Of a DNA stretch of 58,558 nt, positions 48,141-57,411 are shown in pieces (the stretch's first letter is position 1; each line of letters starts with the position of its first letter). This DNA is from an uncultured Novosphingobium sp. (GTDB lineage: Bacteria; Pseudomonadota; Alphaproteobacteria; Sphingomonadales; Sphingomonadaceae). A program made the position numbers and the translations under genes. The stretch spans positions 1-58,558 of the forward strand of contig CAZNFV010000001.1 of NCBI GenBank assembly GCA_964572445.1. Direction: 5' to 3'. Under the pieces are notes generated by a model that was not told where the DNA came from, ran no database searches, and saw only the letters and a program-made list of their open reading frames with translations.

Positions 48141-49232
48141 TCAGTTCCGCACCGCGATGCAGGTCTGGCCGCTGGCGCTCAGTCGCTCGCAAGTAGCCTG
48201 AGCCATTGCCTGGCTGGCGAAGCCGCCGGCCTGCAGCTTGGTCACCGCCCCTGCTTTCACGTTAAGCCGCTGCTTGCCTGACAGTTCCGGCCGGCCCTTC
48301 AGGCGGTTCCACAGGGCATCGGCATTACCGGGTTGCCCAAAAGCGCCGAACTGGACCCGCCATAGACCAGTTGCTGCGGCCGGCGTCATGGCGGGGGCAG
48401 GGCGTGTAGCGTCGGCGGGAGGTGCTGCGCTGATTGCGGGCGGCAGCCCCTGCCAGACAGTGACCGGGCGCCTGGCGGCTGGGCGTGCAAAGTCTGCCCC
48501 GGCTGCGGCGGGATCGTCGCCGATCGCCCGGGTGGCGGCGCCAGCGGCATCGCTGGCCTGGGTCTGGCTGACCCCGCGCATGGCGACCGCCGGGATCGGC
48601 GAAGGACCGGCGGATACAGTTGCGCCAAGATCCGCAGCGGCAAGCTGGCGGGCGCGGGTCGCATCGGCCTGGCTGCGCAGTTCAGCAGCCAGTTCGACCG
48701 CTTGCTGGCGCTGGGCCATCGGAACATGCTGGTCCATCTTGGCCAGCGCCGCTGCTGCCTGAGCCAGCCCGGCCTGCTGGGCCAGACTGACCAGAGCATA
48801 CGCCCGGACCCAATCCTTGTTGACGATATCGCCATTAAAGTGGCCGATGCCCAACAGGTACTGCGCGCGGGGATCGCCGCGATCGGCGGCGGCGCGCAGG
48901 AAGGGCAGGGCTTGCGTCCGCTGCCCGCGCTGGAACAGCAAGAGGCCGTAATTATCGCTTGCCTGGATGTGGCCCTGTGTTGCGGCGCGCCCGAACAGTC
49001 CCTCGGCCTGGGCCAGGTCCTGCGTCACGCCTTTGCCCAGCTTGTAAGCCTGACCGAGGTTGAACATCGCATCGGCATCCCCCTTCGCCGATTCAATCTG
49101 CCACGCTTTGGTGGCAGTGGCAAAATCGCCGCGTGACCAGGCATCAACGCCGGCCCGGGTATCGGCCAGCGCCGATGATGCCACGATAAGTGCAACGCCC
49201 CCAAGGGCGCGGAAAAAAAGCTTGTGACCCAT
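48141..49232 (-). CDS. Exported Sel1-repeat plus SPOR-domain protein
   Basis: GDADAMFNLGQAY, GDPRAQYLLG Sel1 repeats; WRVQFGAF..NA..LW SPOR with C-terminal Cys pair. Confidence 0.88.
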   Translation of the reverse strand: MGHKLFFRALGGVALIVASSALADTRAGVDAWSRGDFATATKAWQIESAKGDADAMFNLGQAYKLGKGVTQDLAQAEGLFGRAATQGHIQASDNYGLLLFQRGQRTQALPFLRAAADRGDPRAQYLLGIGHFNGDIVNKDWVRAYALVSLAQQAGLAQAAAALAKMDQHVPMAQRQQAVELAAELRSQADATRARQLAAADLGATVSAGPSPIPAVAMRGVSQTQASDAAGAATRAIGDDPAAAGADFARPAARRPVTVWQGLPPAISAAPPADATRPAPAMTPAAATGLWRVQFGAFGQPGNADALWNRLKGRPELSGKQRLNVKAGAVTKLQAGGFASQAMAQATCERLSASGQTCIAVRN

Positions 49233-49401
49233 TTTTTGACTTCCCGACTTCGCCCCGGAGTTAAGCGATCAGGGCCCGTTTCCGGCCCCATCTCCCCTCG
49301 TTCCGAGACGCCTGTGACTTAAGTGACATAGTAAACTACCGGTTAGCAAAGGATTTATGACCGCGGCTGTATCTGCGGAGGCACCGCAATGCGTGTACGT
49401 G

Positions 49402-49416
49402 TTAACGCTATATTAG
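49402..49416. promoter_or_regulatory. Candidate CtrA box
   Basis: TTAA-cgctata(7)-TTAG in the divergent SPOR/parA intergenic region. Confidence 0.5.
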
Positions 49417-49483
49417 GAACGATCTGCGATCCCCCAGAGCAGGTCATCTTGACCCGATTGGCATTTCGCAGGGGGAATAGGCT

Positions 49484-50203
49484 TTGCGCGTACTGGCATT
49501 GGCATCGCAGAAGGGCGGATCCGGCAAGACCACCTTGTCCGGACACCTCGCCGTCCAGGCTCAGCGCGCAGGCGCTGGCCCGGTCGTGCTGATTGACATC
49601 GACCCGCAGGGCTCGCTGTCCGATTGGTGGAACGAGCGCGAGGATGAATATCCTGCCTTCGCCCAGACTACCGTAGCACGTCTGGCCAGCGATCTGGCGG
49701 TCCTGCGTCAGCAGGGCTTCAAGCTGGCGGTGATCGATACCCCGCCAGCGATCACCATGGCGATCCAGTCGGTGATCGCGGTTTCCGAGCTGATTGTCGT
49801 GCCGACCCGTCCAAGCCCGCATGATCTGCGCGCCGTGGGCGCTACGGTCGATTTATGCGAACGCGCCGGCAAGCCGCTTATCTTTGTGGTCAACGCGGCA
49901 ACGCCCAAGGCCAAGATTACGTCGGAAGCCGCGGTTGCCTTGTCGCAGCATGGCACCGTTGCGCCGGTAACCTTGCACCACCGGACTGACTTTGCCGCCT
50001 CGATGATCGATGGCCGGACCGTGATGGAAGTGGAGCCCAACAGTCGCTCCGCTCAGGAAGTCGTCGCGCTGTGGAATTACATTTCCGACCGCCTCGAAAA
50101 GAACTTCCGTCGCACAGTCTTTGCGGCACCGGCTTCGGCATCGGTTCTGCCAGGCTCCGCTCGGCCCGCTGGGGGCTTCGGCCGCCGCGTGGCTGGCTCG
50201 TAA
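49484..50203 (+). CDS. Orphan ParA-family ATPase
   Basis: QKGGSGKTT, DIDPQGS, IDTPP, PTRPSPHDL; TTG start after GGGGAA. Confidence 0.92.
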   Translation: MRVLALASQKGGSGKTTLSGHLAVQAQRAGAGPVVLIDIDPQGSLSDWWNEREDEYPAFAQTTVARLASDLAVLRQQGFKLAVIDTPPAITMAIQSVIAVSELIVVPTRPSPHDLRAVGATVDLCERAGKPLIFVVNAATPKAKITSEAAVALSQHGTVAPVTLHHRTDFAASMIDGRTVMEVEPNSRSAQEVVALWNYISDRLEKNFRRTVFAAPASASVLPGSARPAGGFGRRVAGS

Positions 50204-50220
50204 GCGGGGGACCTAGCAGC

Positions 50221-50709
50221 ATGTCAGAACCGAACACTTTCGCTTCGCTTTCGCCGACGCTGCTCGCCCGCAAGGGTGGCGCTCGTCCGGCGATGCGCCC
50301 GCAACTCGGCCCCATTGGTGGCGATGCCCTCGCTCGCCAGCTTGATGACTTGGGCTGGAACGATATGGGCGAGGATGCGGCGGCACCAGTCGAGCAGCGC
50401 AGCGCAGAAGTCGTCTCAATCGCCCCGGATTTGCCGGCTCCAACCAACGCGCCGGTGCCGCAAGTCGTGCGCCAGCGCGATGAGGCCAAGCGGCGTGTCT
50501 CAAGCCAGCGCAAGTCAGCTTTGGCCGACGGACGCCGGGCTGCCTTCACGCTGCGCGTCGATGCCGAACGCCATCTCAAGCTGCGGCTGGCCTGCGCGGT
50601 ATCCAACCGCAGCGCCCAGCAGCTGGTGACCGAAGCGCTCGACCGGCTGTTGGCTGATTCGCCCGATGTTGCCGAACTGGCTGCGCAAATTGCGCGGCGA
50701 CACAATTGA
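50221..50709 (+). CDS. Conserved hypothetical protein with C-terminal ribbon-helix-helix-like segment
   Basis: N-terminal LLARKGGARPAMR; C-terminal RAAFTLRVDAERHLKLRLACA..SAQQLVTEALD. Confidence 0.75.
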   Translation: MSEPNTFASLSPTLLARKGGARPAMRPQLGPIGGDALARQLDDLGWNDMGEDAAAPVEQRSAEVVSIAPDLPAPTNAPVPQVVRQRDEAKRRVSSQRKSALADGRRAAFTLRVDAERHLKLRLACAVSNRSAQQLVTEALDRLLADSPDVAELAAQIARRHN

Positions 50710-50732
50710 TCCTGCAAAAGGGGAGACCTCCC

Positions 50733-52241
50733 ATGTCCACCAGCACCATCCGCAATAAGCTTCTGCCGCTCGGAATTACCGGGGCGATTGCCCTGGCGAT
50801 CCTGGCAGGTGCGGGCTTTGGCGAAAATGTCGTTGCCAAACCAACTCCGGACAAGACGGCTGCCGCTGCTCAGGCCGCGCTGGCCAATGGACAGGTCGAC
50901 AAGGCAATCCAGCTGGCCGAGGCGGTTGTTGCCGCGAGCCCGCGCGAGCCCTCGTACCGAGCCTTGCTGGCCCATGCCTATCTTAAGGCCGGTCGGTTCC
51001 AATCGGCCGCGATGACGTTCGACGATGCGATGGAGCTTGGCGATAACAGCGGCAAGACTGCGCTGGGTCTGGCCCTGTCCTATGCTGCCGAAGGCCGGAA
51101 CCGCGATGCGGTGGCAATCCTGGATGATTGGCGCGATGCCATTCCAGTGACGGACCTTGGGCTGGCTCTCGCCCTGGCGGGTGAACCCACCCGCGGCAGC
51201 GCGGTGCTTTCCGATGCGTTGCGCAATGGTGAGAACACCCCCAAACTTCGTCAGAATCTGGCCTATTCCTATGCGCTTGACGGGCGCTGGCGCGAGGCCC
51301 GGATCATGATGAGCCAGGATGTCCCGGCCGATCAGATCGACGCGCGCATCAGTGATTGGGCGGCCAAGACCCGCCCAGAAGACCATCATCTGCGGGTTGC
51401 CGGGCTGCTCAACACCCCGGTGCGCAGTGATCCGGGTCAGCCATCACGGCTGGCGCTCAATTCAAACCCGGTGAACGAACAGCTCGCCGCGCAGTCGGCT
51501 GCGATCGAGGGTGCCCCACAAATGGCTGCAGCCGCCGCCCCAGCAGCCGAACTGCCGCCGATTGCCCAAGACCGGGTCGCGACCGACCTGGCCAGCTACA
51601 CGCCGGTTACGGGAACTGCTGATGGTTCGGCTTCTAATCCGAACCGGTTCAACGCCGCTTTTGCTGAACGAGCCCCCGTGGCTGCTGTGCCCCCGGCGGC
51701 CGATGGATCGCGGATGACCTTTATCTCGCAGCCAGTGGTCCAACAAATTCCCAATCGCGAGGTCCGTGCACCGCGCACGGTTGCTGTCGCTCCGGCTCGC
51801 GCAGGTGCGCACCGCGGTAGCTATGCCGTGTCGATGCCAACCAAAGTGGCAGGCACGCATCTGATCCAGCTGGGCAGCTTCTTTACTCAGCAGGGCGCTC
51901 GTCGCGCCTGGGGGATCTATGCTGCCAAGAACCCGGAACTGCGCGCCTACCGCATGACCATCAGCAAGGCCCAGGTGCGCGGGAAAGCCCACTACCGCGT
52001 TGCTGCCGCCGGGATCAGCGGCAGTCAGGGTGCCAAGGGCCTGTGCGGAACGGTCAAGGCACGGGGCATGGCCTGCTTCGCCTATGCCGTCCGAACCGGC
52101 GTTCCCGGCGTCAAAGCCCCAGCCACGAGCCAGATGGCCCATGCGAAGGCCCCCGCCGGGGTGCAGCTGGCGCACGCCAAAGTGCGGACTGGCCCGGTCA
52201 AGACTGCTCCGGTCGCACCGGCCTTGGCCCGCAAGCGCTAA
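50733..52241 (+). CDS. Exported TPR plus SPOR-domain protein
   Basis: TPRs (YRALLAHAYLKAGRF, RQNLAYSYAL), IQLGSF SPOR with Cys pair; GGGGAG RBS. Confidence 0.85.
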   Translation: MSTSTIRNKLLPLGITGAIALAILAGAGFGENVVAKPTPDKTAAAAQAALANGQVDKAIQLAEAVVAASPREPSYRALLAHAYLKAGRFQSAAMTFDDAMELGDNSGKTALGLALSYAAEGRNRDAVAILDDWRDAIPVTDLGLALALAGEPTRGSAVLSDALRNGENTPKLRQNLAYSYALDGRWREARIMMSQDVPADQIDARISDWAAKTRPEDHHLRVAGLLNTPVRSDPGQPSRLALNSNPVNEQLAAQSAAIEGAPQMAAAAAPAAELPPIAQDRVATDLASYTPVTGTADGSASNPNRFNAAFAERAPVAAVPPAADGSRMTFISQPVVQQIPNREVRAPRTVAVAPARAGAHRGSYAVSMPTKVAGTHLIQLGSFFTQQGARRAWGIYAAKNPELRAYRMTISKAQVRGKAHYRVAAAGISGSQGAKGLCGTVKARGMACFAYAVRTGVPGVKAPATSQMAHAKAPAGVQLAHAKVRTGPVKTAPVAPALARKR

Positions 52242-52263
52242 ACCACTCTATTCAAGCAATGGC

Positions 52264-52297
52264 AGGCCTCTTCCCGTTTCGGCGGGGAGGGGCCTTT
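52264..52297. terminator. Terminator hairpin between convergent genes
   Basis: AGGCCTCTTCCCG...CGGGGAGGGGCCTTT. Confidence 0.65.
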
Positions 52298-52300
52298 GCC

Positions 52301-53536
52301 TTATTGGCTGACGATTGTGCCGCCTTTGAGCAGCACCAGTGCGCGACCTTGGACCCCTTGTTTGTCGAAGGGAGTATTGCCGGCGGCCGCCGCCATCTTG
52401 TTTGAATCGACGATCCAAGGTTTGTCCGGGGCAATTACGGCAATGTCTGCCTCTGCCCCTACCTTGAGGACCCCGGCATTCACGCCCAGCAGTGCGGCCG
52501 GATTTCCGGCCAGCAAGGCAAAGGCGCGGGCCGTATCGATCACCCCATCGCGGACTAACCCCAGGGTGAGCGGCAGCAGGGTTTCAGCACCGGCCATCCC
52601 CGGCTCTGCGTCGGCAAAGGGCAGGCGCTTGTCTTCCGGCCCGCGCGGATCGTGGCCTGATGCGACCACGTCAATCGTCCCGTCGGCCAGGGCAGCCAAG
52701 ACAGCCTGCCGATCGCTTTCAGGGCGGAGTGGCGGGGACAGGCGGGTAAAGGTCCGGAAATCTCCGATTGCCACATCTGACAGCAGCGCGTGGGCAGGGG
52801 TGACGCCAGCCGTAACTGCCACACCGCGGGCCTTGGCGGCGCGGACCAGGCTTAGTGCGGCGGCGGTCGTGACTTGCCGGAAATGCAATCGGGCACCCGT
52901 CAGTTCGGCCAAGGCGATGTCGCGGGCCACGGCCAGGGCCTCGGCCTCGGCGGGGGCAGAGGGGAGCCCCAGGCGGGTCGCCATCTCGCCAGCAGTGGCG
53001 ACAGCGGCACCCGTAAGTCCGGCATCTTCGGCGTGGGTCACCACGACCAGCCCCAGCATCGCGCAATAGGACAACAGGCGGTGCATCGCTCCGCTATCGG
53101 CAATCCAGCGCCGTCCAGTGCTGACCGCTTTGGCCCCGGCATCGCGCATCAGCGCCAGTTCGGCTAGCTCGGTTCCGGCCAGGTCCTTGGTCGCAGCAGC
53201 GAGGGGGTGAACCCACAGGTCCGGCTTGCCGGACTGCGCGGCAAAGCGGACTGCGGACGGCTTGTCGAGCACCACGCCCTGATCCGGCATCAGTGCCGCG
53301 CGGGTGATCCCGCCGAAGTGGAACGCGGGCTTGTCGATTGCGAAGACCCCCAAATCGACCAGGCCAGGCGCGATCAACGCGCCCTTGGCGTCGATTACGG
53401 TATCGCCGTCAGCTGGTGCAATATCGCCCAGCGCGGCAATCCGGCCGTCAACGCAGCGCAGTGCGCCCTTATTCGGCGCGCAGTTGGGGAGGACGAGGCG
53501 CCCGTTGGTCAGAATGATCGGAGTGGGGTTGCTCAT
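52301..53536 (-). CDS. pyrC: Dihydroorotase-like protein, probably inactive PyrC' subunit
   Basis: Amidohydrolase fold, PPLR, NPAALLG, NTPFD; metal HxH replaced (PGLVDLGVF); ATGA overlap with pyrB. Confidence 0.85.
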   Translation of the reverse strand: MSNPTPIILTNGRLVLPNCAPNKGALRCVDGRIAALGDIAPADGDTVIDAKGALIAPGLVDLGVFAIDKPAFHFGGITRAALMPDQGVVLDKPSAVRFAAQSGKPDLWVHPLAAATKDLAGTELAELALMRDAGAKAVSTGRRWIADSGAMHRLLSYCAMLGLVVVTHAEDAGLTGAAVATAGEMATRLGLPSAPAEAEALAVARDIALAELTGARLHFRQVTTAAALSLVRAAKARGVAVTAGVTPAHALLSDVAIGDFRTFTRLSPPLRPESDRQAVLAALADGTIDVVASGHDPRGPEDKRLPFADAEPGMAGAETLLPLTLGLVRDGVIDTARAFALLAGNPAALLGVNAGVLKVGAEADIAVIAPDKPWIVDSNKMAAAAGNTPFDKQGVQGRALVLLKGGTIVSQ

Positions 53537-54525
53537 GCCCAGCCCTCCACACTGCGCCCTTTGCGGGTCAATACATCCAGGCAAGCCATGCGGATCGCCA
53601 CGCCCATTTCAACCTGGGTGGTGATCGCCGAACGACCGGCCAGATCGGCCACGGTGCTGTCGATCTCGATTCCGCGGTTCATCGGGCCGGGGTGCATGAC
53701 CAAGGCATCGGGCTTGGCCTTGGCCAGACGTTCCAGGGTCAGGCCATAGAGGTGCCGATATTCGCGGGGGGAGGGGATGAATTGACCGCTCATCCGTTCC
53801 TGCTGCAGCCGCAGCATCATGACCACATCGGCCCCGTCCAAGGCAGCATCAAAATCATCAAACGGGGTTACCTTCATCGCCTCTATCCCGACGGGCATCA
53901 GTGCCGGCGGTGCGCAGACGCGAACGTCTGCGCCCAACGTGGTCAGGCAATGGATGTTTGATCGGGCCACGCGGCTGTGCAGGATATCGCCGCAGATCGT
54001 GATGGTCAGCTTGCCGAAGTCACCCTTGGCCCGGCGAATGGTCAGGGCATCGAGCAGGCCCTGAGTCGGATGCTCATGCTGGCCGTCCCCGGCATTTAGC
54101 ACCGGGCAATCGACCTTGTCCGCGATCAGCCGGACCGCGCCCGAACTGGCATGACGAATCACGATCGCATCGGCGCGCATCGCGTTAAGCGTCATCGCTG
54201 TGTCGATCAGCGTTTCGCCTTTCTTCACGCTGGATTGCGCCGCGTGCATGTTGACGACGTCCGCGCCAAGCCGCTTGCCCGCAATCTCGAACGACAGCAG
54301 CGTGCGGGTGCTGTTTTCAAAGAAGGCGTTGATGATGGTCAGGCCGGCCAGCCGGTCAGCCCGCTTGTGCGGCTGGCGGTTGAGATCGACCCATTGTTCC
54401 GCCTCATCCAGCAGGAACAGGATCTCCCACGGAGCCAGGCCCGCCAGGCCAGTGAGGTCGCGGTGCGGAAAGGCGGCGGAGCCCGCTGGATAGCGGCCCG
54501 CAGCATCGAGATTTACCGATGTCAT
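53533..54525 (-). CDS. pyrB: Aspartate carbamoyltransferase catalytic subunit
   Basis: [40 protein letters not shown]. Confidence 0.97.
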   Translation of the reverse strand: MTSVNLDAAGRYPAGSAAFPHRDLTGLAGLAPWEILFLLDEAEQWVDLNRQPHKRADRLAGLTIINAFFENSTRTLLSFEIAGKRLGADVVNMHAAQSSVKKGETLIDTAMTLNAMRADAIVIRHASSGAVRLIADKVDCPVLNAGDGQHEHPTQGLLDALTIRRAKGDFGKLTITICGDILHSRVARSNIHCLTTLGADVRVCAPPALMPVGIEAMKVTPFDDFDAALDGADVVMMLRLQQERMSGQFIPSPREYRHLYGLTLERLAKAKPDALVMHPGPMNRGIEIDSTVADLAGRSAITTQVEMGVAIRMACLDVLTRKGRSVEGWA

Positions 54526-54679
54526 TGAAGACGGTGCCTTAGAGCGCCAGGCGTCCTCCGGCAAGGTGGCATTGGAACTAGCGGCGCTTTGTCGTGTTAA
54601 CACGTAGCCGCCCATGACAGGTCCGTTTGTATTCCTGCCCTAACGCTGCACCGGTGAACTTAACAGGTGGAGCGGGGAC

Positions 54680-55168
54680 ATGACCCTAGCCGCACTTCTC
54701 TTTTCTGCTGGTCTTACCTTGTCGCCGCAACAAGCTGACATCGTTCAGCGTGTGGTTGGCGAGGGGAAACCTGAATGTCTGGTCTATCGGCCTGATGAGA
54801 CGGAGGCGCCGTGCCGCCCGGTCTTTTCAGTTACCGCCGGGGTCCACGTCAACGCTTGGGCTAATGGCGAGGAGATCAGGCTGTCGCACGCTGCGGTAAT
54901 GCGTCTCAATCGTGAGGAGTTCGCCTTGCTGGTCGCGCATGAGGTGGCCCATTATCTGCTTGGGCATCGAGCCAGTAGCCCTGCGGCCGAGCTGGCGGCA
55001 GACCAGCTCGGGGCGCAATTGGCCTGCCGGGCCGGCTATGATCCGGCGGCCGGACTGTCATTGCTACGATACCTTGCTGCCGGCAGCACGCATCCGCGGC
55101 GCCAGCAACGCCGGGCGGTGATCCTGGCTGTCGCATGCCAGCGTCAGAGCGCGACATTCGCCCGCTAG
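54680..55168 (+). CDS. Small M48-family zinc metallopeptidase
   Basis: VNAWA, AHEVAH (HExxH), ELAAD, AGYDP, THP. Confidence 0.8.
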   Translation: MTLAALLFSAGLTLSPQQADIVQRVVGEGKPECLVYRPDETEAPCRPVFSVTAGVHVNAWANGEEIRLSHAAVMRLNREEFALLVAHEVAHYLLGHRASSPAAELAADQLGAQLACRAGYDPAAGLSLLRYLAAGSTHPRRQQRRAVILAVACQRQSATFAR

Positions 55169-55278
55169 CGGCGTTGCGGCTTCCATCGTTTGCCATGGCA
55201 CCTTGATCGACGGAGGACTCGCCTTTCGAGCAGCCGCCGCCTATCGGTTTGGCTGATAATTTCTCCGGGAATCGCAAG

Positions 55279-57177
55279 ATGATATTTGCACGCAAAGTCT
55301 GGGCCCTGCTGGTGGGCATCAAGGATGCCCTGGTCCTGCTGCTTTTGCTGCTGTTCTTCCTGGCGCTGTATGGCGTGCTGACTGCGCGTCCGTCGCCCGG
55401 TCAGGTTCGCGAAGGGGCGCTGCTGCTGAAGCTGGATGGCGCCGTGGTTGAAGAGCCGGCCAGGGTTGATCCTTTCGATCTGCTGATGTCTAGCAACAGC
55501 GCCGCGAAGGAACATCGTGCGCGTGATGTCATTGCCGCAGTTGAGGCAGCTGCCACCGATGACCGGATCAAGGCTGTCGCGCTTGATCTTTCGCGCTTCA
55601 CCGGCGGCGGACAGGTGACGCTGGAGAACGTTGGCGCCGCGCTGGACAAGGTGCGCAAGACCGGGAAGCCGGTGATCGCTTTCGCCCATGCCTATGCCGA
55701 TGATGGTTTGTTGCTGGCCGCCCATGCCAGCGAAGTCTGGGTCGATCCGCTTGGCGGGGCTTTCGTGATGGGTCCCGGCGGGATGCGGCTCTATTACGGC
55801 GAGGCACTGGCCCGCTACAAGGTGACACCGCACATCTTCAAGGTCGGCACCTACAAAGATTATGTTGAGCCCTATACCCAAAGCCAGGCGTCCCCGGCCT
55901 CTAAGGAAGCACGCAACGCGCTAGTCTCCGCGATGTGGGAAGATTGGCAGACGCACGTCAAGGCTGCTCGCCCCAAGGCGGACCTGGCCCGGGTGACGCG
56001 TGATCCGGTCGGCTGGATCAAGGCCAGCGGTGGCGATCCGGCCAAGGCGGCGCTGGCGGCTGGGCTGGTCGACAAGCTTGGCAATCATGCCCAGTTCAAA
56101 GAGCGGCTGCGCGCGTTGGTTGGCGAAGATCCGCTAGACGATGCACCGGCCAGCTTTGCCTACACGGATATGGATACCTTGCTTGCAGCCCATCCGGCCA
56201 AGACCAGCGGCGCTGCGGTGGCCGTGGTGACGGTGGCGGGCGAAATTGTTGACGGCAAGGCCGGGCCCGGCAAGGCTGGCGGCACCCGCATCGCCAAGCT
56301 GATTGATGAGGCGAACAGTGACGGGGCCAAGGCGCTGGTCCTGCGAGTTGATTCGCCTGGCGGATCAGTGATGGCATCGGAAGAGATTCGCACCGCGCTG
56401 GAGCGGTTCAAGGCTGGTACCAAGCAGACTGGCCGCCGTCCGGTAGTGGTCTCGATGGTCAACCTGGCGGCGAGTGGCGGTTACTGGGTCTCGACCCCGG
56501 CGGACAAGATCTTTGCCGAGCCGGGCACAATCACGGGCTCGATCGGAATCTTTGCCATCATCCCGACGTTTGAGCGGGCACTGGCCGATTATGGCGTGAA
56601 GTCTGACGGGGTGCGCAGCACGCCGCTTTCGGGACAGCCCGATATCCTTGGCGGCCTGACGCCCGAAGTCTCGGAGATGCTTCAGGCGAATATCGAGAGC
56701 AATTATGGGCGCTTCCTCGGTCTGGTTGGGGCATCGCGCAAGAAGTCCGCGGCCGAGGTTGAGGCATTTGCCGAGGGCCGGGCCTGGGATGGCGGTACCG
56801 CGCAGCAAAAGGGGTTGGTTGACCAGTTTGGCGGCCTTGATGCAGCACTGGCCGATGCCGCGGCGCGCGCCAAGCTGGGCGAAGACTGGCACGCCGCCTG
56901 GTATGGTGACGAACAGGATCCCTATGCCTCGCTGATTGAGCAATGGCGCGGTGATGATGAAGCTGACGGTCCGTCGGCAGGGCTGGATTTAACCGGTCTG
57001 GTGGCGGCTCGGCAGCAGGCCGGCCTTGATCGCTTGCTGGGCGATCTGGCCGGCGTGTTCGAGGCTCGCGGGGCCCAGGCGCTGTGCCTTGATTGCCCGG
57101 TTGCGACGCCAGCAAGAACCGCCAGCGGACCCGAATCCGGATGGCTGGCACGATTGGTCGCTGTTTTCGCGCGCTAG
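55279..57177 (+). CDS. sppA: Signal peptide peptidase SppA (67K type)
   Basis: VGTYKDYVEPY, LRVDSPGGS, AASGGYW, TITGSIG. Confidence 0.93.
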   Translation: MIFARKVWALLVGIKDALVLLLLLLFFLALYGVLTARPSPGQVREGALLLKLDGAVVEEPARVDPFDLLMSSNSAAKEHRARDVIAAVEAAATDDRIKAVALDLSRFTGGGQVTLENVGAALDKVRKTGKPVIAFAHAYADDGLLLAAHASEVWVDPLGGAFVMGPGGMRLYYGEALARYKVTPHIFKVGTYKDYVEPYTQSQASPASKEARNALVSAMWEDWQTHVKAARPKADLARVTRDPVGWIKASGGDPAKAALAAGLVDKLGNHAQFKERLRALVGEDPLDDAPASFAYTDMDTLLAAHPAKTSGAAVAVVTVAGEIVDGKAGPGKAGGTRIAKLIDEANSDGAKALVLRVDSPGGSVMASEEIRTALERFKAGTKQTGRRPVVVSMVNLAASGGYWVSTPADKIFAEPGTITGSIGIFAIIPTFERALADYGVKSDGVRSTPLSGQPDILGGLTPEVSEMLQANIESNYGRFLGLVGASRKKSAAEVEAFAEGRAWDGGTAQQKGLVDQFGGLDAALADAAARAKLGEDWHAAWYGDEQDPYASLIEQWRGDDEADGPSAGLDLTGLVAARQQAGLDRLLGDLAGVFEARGAQALCLDCPVATPARTASGPESGWLARLVAVFAR

Positions 57178-57268
57178 CGCGCTTGCCCTTTGCAGCGGGG
57201 GCCACTAAGGGCCAGCGCTTGATTCAGGGCAAACCTGAATCGGTCCAGGGTTTTAAGCTTCGTCGGTT

Positions 57269-57353
57269 GCGGGCGTGGCGGAATTGGTAGACGCGCTGGT
57301 TTTAGGTACCAGTATCGAAAGATGTGGGGGTTCGAGTCCCTTCGCCCGCACCA
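57269..57353 (+). tRNA. tRNA-Leu(TAG)
   Basis: GCGGGCGTGGCGGAATTGGTAGACGC...CTGGT-TT-TAG-GT-ACCAG, long variable arm, GGTTCGAGTCC, CCA; 85 nt. Confidence 0.96.
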
Positions 57354-57411
57354 GTCCCGCCCGGTTGCCTGCATCGTCGCAGCCGAGGTGTTTGAGAAGG
57401 CTTCTTTTGTC

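Noticed and set aside
52131..52185. QMAHAKA/QLAHAKV tandem peptide repeat in the TPR-SPOR tail
   Set aside because: Only two degenerate copies in a low-complexity tail; no functional inference possible
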